Notes under the pieces: generated by a model | Told to the model about the DNA's origin: nothing | Databases searched by the model: none | What the model saw: only the letters and a program-made list of their open reading frames with translations | Shown: piece after piece, positions 54,598-64,000 of the stretch | Position numbering within the stretch: the first letter of the stretch is position 1 | Layout: each line of letters opens with the position of its first letter | Made by a program: the position numbers and the translations under genes | NCBI RefSeq assembly: GCF_006345805.1 | Contig: NC_043001.1 | Location: 35,836,001-35,900,000, forward strand | Source of the DNA: Octopus sinensis | Lineage: Eukaryota | Length of the DNA stretch: 64,000 nt | Direction of reading: 5' to 3'

Positions 54598-54740
54598 ATA
54601 TATGTATGTATATATATATATATGTGTGTGTGTATTATATCGATTTATCTGTATACACACACACACATAAGAATGCATGTATGTATTTATGTACATACAT
54701 ATATCTACACACATACTTATACGCGTATTCATACTCACAT
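54256..54740. repeat. Long compound (TA)/(TG)/(TATG) microsatellite field
   Basis: Direct reading. Source of four spurious ORFs. Confidence 0.9.
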
Positions 54741-55140
54741 CTATACATGCATAAAAAATATAAGTGTAAGTATGCGTGTTCCTGTTTGGAACTGCTTAAA
54801 TTCATGAAAACTAATATAAGTATACACTTATTTCGTAGCGACGGAAAGAAAATTATCGCAAAACTTCAAATCTACAATCTCTGTTTTTCATAGACAAGAT
54901 ACATTCAACTACAGAAATTCAGTTCATTGGCCAACAGTGATTCACTTAAACCCAGACACTCACAAATAGAAATACTGAATATCAATATAATTATTTGCAA
55001 ATATTAATTGCATTTATACAAACATTATCAATAGAAGAATCAATATTAGGCATATATAGTAGCTTTAAGCCATATATAGCAATATTGAAGTCAGGAAGCT
55101 GATACATTGAAATTTATTCGCAGCCTTAAATTATCTTACA

Positions 55141-55182
<42 letters not shown>

Positions 55183-55523
55183 CGCACACACACACACACG
55201 CCAGGTGATATCGTGCATGCATATACTCATGATATAAACAAAGAATAATCTTCAAAATGCGTTGTATGAAACCCATTGGAATTTCCGGGTTGTTTTCGTG
55301 CTTAAATCCTTATTTAGTACATAAAATTCTATACTTAAACCGCACAAACGACTGGTAATAAATATTCTTCATTCGTCGGACTTGTGTTGATCATTGTTAT
55401 CAAAATGTGATTTGTAGAGGCGATTGTTTTATATATAGGTAAACCATTTCAAAATTCAATAACCAATCACGTATGTTGGTAATCGTATTCAGATTGAATC
55501 ACTTGGGAAAAGGAGAGGAGGTG

Positions 55524-55661
55524 GAAGAAGAAGAAGAAAAGAAGAAGAAAAAGAAGAAGAAGAAGAAAGAAGAAGAAGAAGAAGAAGAAGAAGAAGAAGA
55601 AGAAGAAGAAGGAGAAAAGAAGAAGAAGAAGAAGAAGAAGAAGAAGAAGAAGAAGAAGAAA
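55524..55661. repeat. (GAA)n polypurine tract
   Basis: About 138 consecutive purines. Confidence 0.95.
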
Positions 55662-58276
55662 CATTGAACGCACTGAAATTTAGACACATAATGGTTCTCA
55701 GAATGCATGAGCCGTATGATGTATACCGAACCCATACATTTACCTACGCACGCACACACACGTACATACATATATATATATATATAGACACAAAACTCCA
55801 TCTTAGTAATGTAGACAAACGAAAATAATGTTACATTTTAAACCTGAGAAAGTCTTCCATGGTTTTACTGCTCCACTTACAGATTGTATTTGTAACGAGT
55901 GGATTAGTTGGTTAACTTCTTTTTCTGAAAATCCAAGCTTATGCAGATTGATAGATAGGCATTTGTTTGTCTGTTTGAATGAATAAATTTATGCATGTAT
56001 GTATGTGAAGAAAGCTTGATGCATACGAGAGAACGTGTGTGTGTGTTGAACATAAACAGAGGAATTTGCAATGATAAGCATTGGCCGACGATCCTGGACA
56101 TACTGCAATTCGCTTCGTGAAACCTCAAAGAAGCACACCAATTTCACCCTATTCTATATGTATGTAAGTACTGAAGATTGCATTGCGTTCTCTGATTTCA
56201 TTGATTTTTTTTAAAAAATAACAAACATGTACAATCATACAAACACACGTACAAACATGCCCAGTTACAATTTATATAACATTATTGGTGAGGCACATAA
56301 TACAAACTTAGGCATATCAATGCGAATTATTACGCAAAATGCTTGTTTAAATTTACTTCATACTCTGCCCTTAAATTTAATGAATGCAGTCGATTTTAAA
56401 TATCATTTAGTAAATTTACTACAAATGCTCCACTTTTTATATTTCATATGAATATCAGTTTTGGCCACCAAAGCTCTTTCAGTCAATTATTAATGATAAA
56501 TCCGGAATCTGGCTAATGCTAGAAGACTAAACGAATATTTTAAGTATGACGATCGTAATGTGAATACAATATAGAAACTGTGAAAACTACTGTAAAATCC
56601 TTCGAGCTTTCAACATTACCTCTTATCAGGTTGTAAATTCATTTCATTTTCAACTACCCACATCATTTTGTTTATAAGATAGTCATCTTACATCAATGTT
56701 TATTTTTCTCTTTTTCTTTTTAACACAGGCGACATACATGCTTGTGTAGAGACTTCAGGTCCCAGTTTTTCACTTTCTCTTTTACTTTTCCCTATTCTGT
56801 CTTCAAATTATCTTTATCTCACTTCTTCAGTTTATTTACTCGTATTTTTTTTTTACTCTTTCTACACTACACTACTCTCTGTTTTCTCCACGACTATCTC
56901 ATTTTCTCTTATTTTTCTTTGGTATTCTTTTCATGAATTTCCACGCAGTCTTCCTTCTTATTTTTTTTTTCATTCTTTTCTTTCTAACGCCTTCATCAGT
57001 CTCTCGCTGTTCGCTTGTATATTATGACTTCATTCTTTTACCACATGTGAATGAAGCTCCAAGCTCAATTTTCTGTTCAACAATCACCCAATGAACGCAA
57101 ACCCACAAACAATAGAAACACACATATGTAGTGTATGCATTTAACTATCTAAGTGTAAAAATTATGTGAAGGAGGGTGCATATATGTGTAAGATGCTAAT
57201 AGAAATCCACATATGTACAATTCCAGGCATGAATTAGATCACAAGCATTACTGTAAAAATATATGTATGTACGCTTGTCAGGTGTGCTTATACGAATTTA
57301 TTTTATGCTTTTTTTCTATTCGTTTTGAGGCAAATGATTGAAATAATTATGTGAATCATGAATGTAGAGAGTTGCTATATGATACATCATTCTAGTTGCC
57401 GTTTGTTGCCTTGTATGAAGTGCCACTCTAATTGAGTAAATTATGTTAGCAAATCTATTTACACATTCTTAAATGTTTACTACTATATGAGTATATGTAA
57501 TTTTGTATTTATACCAAGGGATTTTTTTGTATAGCTAGGATACACTCCAGATTCAGAAATAGAGGAAGCCGTTCCTTTTCACAAAAATTAAAAGAAGTGA
57601 AACTCTTCAAATGAATATTTGAAAGAAACCCACCAAACAAATAAAGAAGTAAAATGTGGATGTGAATTGTTTTGCCAAGAACAACAGCATTAGAATCTCA
57701 TTTGAAGAAATATAATTTACGCTACGTATGCCTGTTGCTTTTCTTTGGCAAACGTTATCATTCTCTCTTCAACAAATGATGCTTCTTAAATCATTTGAAG
57801 TATTTGTTGGGCCAAATAGTTAACAAGCTCGCTTCGCAACCATGAAATCTACAGTTCGATACCACTTCGTAGCATCTTGTATAACTATCATCTTCAATAA
57901 CCCTGGCTCACCCCACACCTTGTGAATAAAATTAAGCATACGGTGTGGGAAGTATATACCCACCAATGGGATGACTTCTACCCCTAATTGAAAAGTACAG
58001 CCTTATCACAAACATGCAATGTGTTACGCTGATTTTACCAGAAAATTGCGTCAAAGGTACACACACTGTAGCGGTGGAATATTCAACCACTTATTTACAA
58101 ATTCAGTCAATGAACAGGTAGTTAAGTTGATCGATCTGAATCCTCATCATCGAAACCATCGGATAATCATCCAACCATTCATCTATCCGTGTCTCACACT
58201 CAAACTTTAAAAAATGTATTTTTATCAACTGTTACTTCTATGTCTCATTCTAAAATTTTTTTATCGCTTTTATCAA

Positions 58277-59063
58277 ATGATAAACTACTACACCTTCTTT
58301 CTGCCTGTAATAGGAGAAATTAAATAGCATATTACTTGTTTTCCAACATTTTCTAAACACGTTCTCTTGTTTAGTTTACCCAAGGCAAAATATTTAAATT
58401 ATCATAATTCAAAATATCTTTTTTATCCTTAAATATATTTAGTTCTTCATTTCAACTAGTGTATTTTTTATAGATTTCTGCCATGTTTTATTACTAAAAG
58501 TAATGATTTGTATTGAAAATAGTAATTTTTTTTTTTGCAAGTTCAATACATCAAAATGAAAATCATTTTTTATTAATTTCGTAGAAATCTCTACATATAT
58601 TAAAGCGAATATCAGACCCATTTGCAAATATTAAAGATTGAGAATTATTCCCCTCCATCTTCTGATCATCATCGTCATCACTATAAATATCATTTCTATT
58701 TGAAACTATAAAATAATTGGAAAAAGGCGAACGAACAGATAAATTCGTAAGTATACGTAGTGACAATTTAATTCCAAAACGCAAATTTGCACGGTGTAAA
58801 CATCAACAACGCTCACATATACATCTGTCATCAAAAGAAAAATTGCGAAAAAGGATAGTAGTTTTAGCTTTTCTCACATGATAAACTACTACACCTTATT
58901 TCTGCCTGTAATAGGAGAAATTAAATAGCATATTACTTGTTTTCCAACATTTTCTAAACACGTTCTCTTGTTTAGTTTACCCAAGGCAAAATATCTAAAT
59001 TATCATAATTCAAAATATCTTTTTTATCCTTAAATATATTTAGTTCTTCATTTCAACTAGTGT
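58277..59063. repeat. 186-bp direct repeat pair (58277-58462 and 58878-59063)
   Basis: Two substitutions seen between the copies; offset 601 bp. Confidence 0.92.
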
Positions 59064-59966
59064 TGAAATGAACTGACTAGTCAAGAACAAATCTCAAGGT
59101 TTTCTCTTTTTTAATCTGAATTACATCCTTTCCAGAGTTCTTTACTCAAGAATGAAAAAAATATAGGGGAACGTTTACATAACTATACATCGCCAAAAGT
59201 AAGGTTGCTTCATGTCTTCACAAAGAAAGTTACATAACCGCATACCTGGTATTTAAAACTGTAGGCAGGACAAAACGGAAGACTACTTGCTGTACCACAA
59301 ATCAATCCACACATTAATTCCACAACAAACAACAAGTCAGCAAAACCCGAAAGTCATGAAGATATTTCCTACGACCTTGAGCCATTGCTTTATCGTCACT
59401 TTGGTGGTATGTTTGGGCACGTGATGACAATCGACGTGGTTGATTGCCATCACGTGCTCAGAAATTATATGTAATCGGGAGGTGTCTCAACGGACATAAA
59501 ATTTCTTATGATCATCAAAGATCACAGAACTTATAGGAAGTTGTGAGGTTTTTTTTAACTATACATTTCACATGTGTCTGTATTTAACTTCCTTTATCAG
59601 AATTTCGTTACTCCTGAAAGAGAAACCCCTCCCTGGGCTCCTGCAGCCATAGAATTTGTGTGACGGATGCGATTTAAAGGCTTCAGAACTAAACTTTTCT
59701 TCTCATAAACTCCGAGCATAACTTAAAGAATAAAGTGAAGTGAGAGATAGTGAGTAATGCTAGATTCGCTAAATGTTACAATAAGTGGAAATTGATGCGC
59801 CTTAGTATGCCTCCATTTCGTTGTGCAGATGTAGACTAGAGACAAGAACTTGGAAAAGACACTTCCTTTTGAAGTCACATGGGAGACTGAGATATGAGTC
59901 TGATTCCTTGAAACCGATTTAGGTGGTGTCCCCGAAGTTGTGGAACCCTTTTTGTTATTTTAATGT

Positions 59967-60075
59967 TTTATATTTTATTTATGTATTTGTTGCTATTTTA
60001 TTTGTGTATTTATTGCTATTTTATTTGTGTATTTATTGTTATTTTATTTGTGTATTTATTGTTATTTTATTTATG
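59967..60075. repeat. 23-bp minisatellite (ttgctattttatttgtgtattta)n
   Basis: About 4 tandem copies. Confidence 0.85.
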
Positions 60076-61278
60076 TAGTTATAGTGTCTTAATTGTAATT
60101 ACTGATCTTGGCCCTTGATTGATGTAATCCGCAAGGGTTTTTTTTTCTTTCGTTCTTTTGGTTGCCCACAAAATAATTCATAATTGAGATTACCACGAAC
60201 ACATAAAGATTCATGATAGTCAATAGAAACAAACAGTTAGTCGGGTGACTGCAGGGTCAGAACTATAACGTAAAAGATTGGGATTCGTTCGATTACGTAG
60301 AGAATATAAGTGATGAGAAATATTTTGATTGTGTTGGCGACCTTCCTGCTATTAGATTAATGCATTGACATGTTTAGTAGCAGTACTTTAACTGATTTGC
60401 ATGAAAGGAAAATAAACAGGGATTAAAGCCAATATAATACCAGATACTAGTTAAAATCCTCTTTTATCAATGAAATAAAACAAGATTTATTTATTTATTT
60501 ATATATATTCTAATTTTTTTAGTTTCAAAATTAAATAATAAAAAAAGCAAATCCATATATTTCTTAGAATCAAGTATGAGAGTGGATAAAAACGTATTAT
60601 ATATTGCAATGTGTTGATATTACTATTCGGAAAGGAAAAAATCACAAATTTTCTATATTTAAATCGAGAAAAGGTATCTTTATTTTATTTTACCATCACT
60701 GAATTTATTTCATTCCTCTTCGGAGGAAGATTATGTGCCCATGATTTTTACATCCCCTACCAGACCAGTGAGATCGATTCCATTTATGTTTATCTTTAAC
60801 AAGTGGATTGATATATGGGTAGATTGAATTCTGGAGTGACATTGACTGGAAAAGTCTGTTGAAAATTAAAACCTAACAAACCTGTTATAGTTGTAGTATG
60901 GTAAACGTCCTGGAGTTTGTGTCTAGCGAGAGAGAGAGGGGGGGGAAGCGAGGCAACCAACATTCCTTTTATCCAGTGCTACTATCTCCTCGACTACAAG
61001 CAACAACCAACACCACAAGACTAAATGCCGCTGCACCAACAAAAACTGCAGATGGACAAGAAGAAATAACTCCATCGGTAAAAACAAGAGCAACTTCAAC
61101 AAAAATTGACAGAAAGGCTCCACAGTGAAATACCCGAATAAAAAGATTTGTACAGAACAAATATATAGACAGACATAGCTTCGGAACCCTACTGTTTCCT
61201 TAGGGAGTAGAGGAGGACAATATCTCAAATGAAAAGGAAGGCGAAAGTGAGTTAGGAAAAGGGTCGAAAATGGAGAAG

Positions 61279-61912
61279 CATCTTCTCTGTCTGTATGAAG
61301 TAATCTATTCACAAAATCTTTTTAAAATTGTATGCGCTCGTGTGTTATATGCGCCTGTTTAGGTATGCGTGAGAGAGCCTATAAATTTTTAAATGCGCTA
61401 GTAGGACAGAGACAACTGCTTCACAAATTGTTAACATAGGTATCCACTACGAAGAGAAAAACGTGTGATGCAGCTTATAGCTTTTTTTCATCTTCCTCTG
61501 TCTGTATAAAGTAACCTATTCACAAAATCTTTCAAATTATATGTACTTGTGTGTTATATGCGCCTGTTTAGGTGTGCGTGAAAGAGCCTATAAAATTTTA
61601 AATGCGCTAGTAGGACAGACAACTGTTTCACAAATATTTAACATAGGTATCAACTACGAAGAGAAAAACGTGATGCAGTTTATAGTTTTTTGGGGTCTTT
61701 TTTCATCTTCCTCTGTCTGTATAAAGTAATCTATTCACAAAATCTTTTTAAAATTGTATGCGCTTGTGTGTTATATGCGCCTCTTTAGGTATGCGTGAGA
61801 GAGCCTATATATTTTTAAAAGCGCTAGTAGGACAGAGACAACTGCTTCACAAATTTTTAACATAGGTATCCGCTACGAAGAGAAAGACGTGTGATGCAGA
61901 TTATAGTTTTTT
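61279..61912. repeat. Three tandem copies of a unit of about 210 bp
   Basis: Units start at 61279, 61489 and 61704. They share gcgctagtaggacag, ctacgaagagaaaaacgt and ctattcacaaaatcttt. Confidence 0.93.
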
Positions 61913-64000
61913 CTTCTCTTTTTTTCAAGATAAGGTAACAGTGAGTTTAATGAGAAATAACTATAATTACTATAAAATAGAGTATAACTATAAAATAACT
62001 ATAAAATAGAGTATAACGTTATCGATTAATTGATTTTCCTTTAATGATTCAAGGAAATGATACACAAGAATACAAAAACATAAAATGGATTCGAACTCAA
62101 CATTGTTTGCTGAAAGAAATTGTAACCAATGTAACACTGTTATCACAGGCAGCGTGAAAAGTTTAGAATCACATAAAATCAATCGTTTCGTCATATCTTT
62201 CGACACGGAATCAAGTCACGATGACTGAGCATGAATCATTTATCTATTATTGGTTGTTTGGTGTCCTATCAACAGTCTATTCACGCTGTCAATTCTCTCC
62301 TCGCGTAATTTGCATCAGTTTTAATCTTTGGAGCCAGACTATTTGCTCTTGAGGATTTGGTGGCGGTGTTTTTGTCGTTGATATTAAACACTACACATTT
62401 GTTTCTAATTCTGTTTTAAGCCTAAACAGCTTGTATATTGGGGGGTATAGTCAGTTATCGATTCATATGTAACGAAGAACTCTCATGAAATGAGAAAGAG
62501 TATTTGGAATCCTGTGTAACAAACTCAATTACTGTTGTAAACAAAAATCGATTGAAACGCTCGGAAAGTCATTAGTGTATTCATTATTCCTTTTTTTTTT
62601 TTTTGTTATTTCATTCTTTTTTTTTTATTGCAATGAAACATTAATACTCAACTATTTCATATGCAAATTGGAAGATGATATCTATATACGTGAGGTTTGA
62701 ACTGGTAATGGCTTTTCTAATGTTAATTTGGAAAAATAAACAATGTTGATTACACCGTAAGCTCATTAGCTTCTCTCATCATTTTGTATTCTTCCCATTA
62801 GCCAAATCAGTTTGGCAGCATTAAATATTAATCCATGATGTCATCGTCATTACAAATATCTTTTCTATAAACAAAAAAATAAGTTACATGACTCAAGAAA
62901 TTTGTGAAATCAAATTCAAATATGTTCCCTGCTATTCGCGGTTTGAATTAAATGTATTTTTAATAGCAACATATTTTCAACGATTTGTCAGAGTCCTGAT
63001 AATTTTAGTCCGAAAGAAGCTTAATAGTAGTTAAGGACAATAATTAATCCTTAGTGGGTGTGCTCAAAGGGTTGCAGTATGTTTAATTTAGTGGCGGCCT
63101 TTTGCCAAGGTTGGAAATCAATATTTTGAACTTCCTGTGAAAAACAAAACAGAAAACAAGACAAAAAGACAAAAACAAAATAAATTAAATGAAATACGAC
63201 TAGGATTTAACATTCAGGTTATCCATCGTTTTTGCTTCAGTTTAGAGAGACAGAAGGATGAGAGTTCTCCATATATAGAACTTACTACAGGATTGTAAGT
63301 TATTTTCCCAAGTTGCTTATTGAGTTAAGATTTCAAATATAAAAGGACGACCAAACATTTTGTCATCTTTTGAGGGCTTCATTCTCAATGAAAGTTGACA
63401 TTTTAATATAATTAAACGCTTTTATTCACAATATTCTGATATATCTTCTTTAAATAGTTTCCATTCCGACAAGAAAACTTATGCATTGTTACAACTATCC
63501 TTCAGTGAAATTTTTTCCTCTAAGTCGTGTAGCATTTTCACTCACATAGCAAAATTTAAATACGTCCCAATTATATCAATAATCATTAAGCAAAACAAAT
63601 GTAATGGTTTGGATAAACTTAGAAGCTCATCCTGAATAATATATAGCAAAAACAAACGTATTAATAAAACAGAGACTTAAAGTGTTTAAAAGATATTCCC
63701 AAATCCTGAATTTTAAATGCAGTGCTATTTTCAATATTTGTGGCCGGTTACTTCGTACTAACGGCCCTGATATATGTTGTAGTCGGATAGAAAGGAACTA
63801 AAGATTTAAGCTAGAAATATATATAAATATGGGAGATCGAACAGCAACAGAAATCTCCTTCATAGACGCGGTAAAAATAATTCAACAAACAAAGACACAC
63901 GCAAACAAACACGAGCTCATTTGTGAGTGTATGCGTGTGTACAAACGTATTTGTACGCTTGTTTATGTATACAAAAGCTAAACACAAATGCACAAATGCT

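Noticed and set aside
60898-61312. Overlapping 76-129 aa ORFs
   Set aside because: No domain signatures or splice support; partly built on (AAC)n-like low complexity.
63740-63772. Short ggccg..cggcc hairpin with a CAGGGCCG end like a hAT terminus
   Set aside because: No matching second terminus or TSD found in the window.

Overview
Eukaryotic, AT-rich, microsatellite-dense genomic DNA. The SINE families and repeat landscape look like Octopus or another cephalopod; this is inferred from pattern recognition, not from a database match. The only supported protein-coding sequence is two minus-strand exons (39847-39982 and 27764-27927). They splice in frame into one complete Ig-like domain closely resembling Ig2 of PTK7/off-track. 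I found no flanking exons by eye, so the window is probably mostly intron of a large PTK7-like gene. The rest is tRNA-headed SINEs (at least four families, some multimeric or nested), decayed non-LTR retrotransposons (two RLE/R4-Dong-like, one RTE/Rex3-like), a Helitron-like element, local duplications, fold-back hairpins and a 100-N gap. The most notable signal is four (TA)n-embedded repeats, each carrying a minimal hammerhead-ribozyme-like motif with covarying stem I, all on the PTK7 sense strand. Nearly all ORFs in the supplied track are microsatellite or SINE artefacts. I found no evidence for a wholly new multi-gene system.
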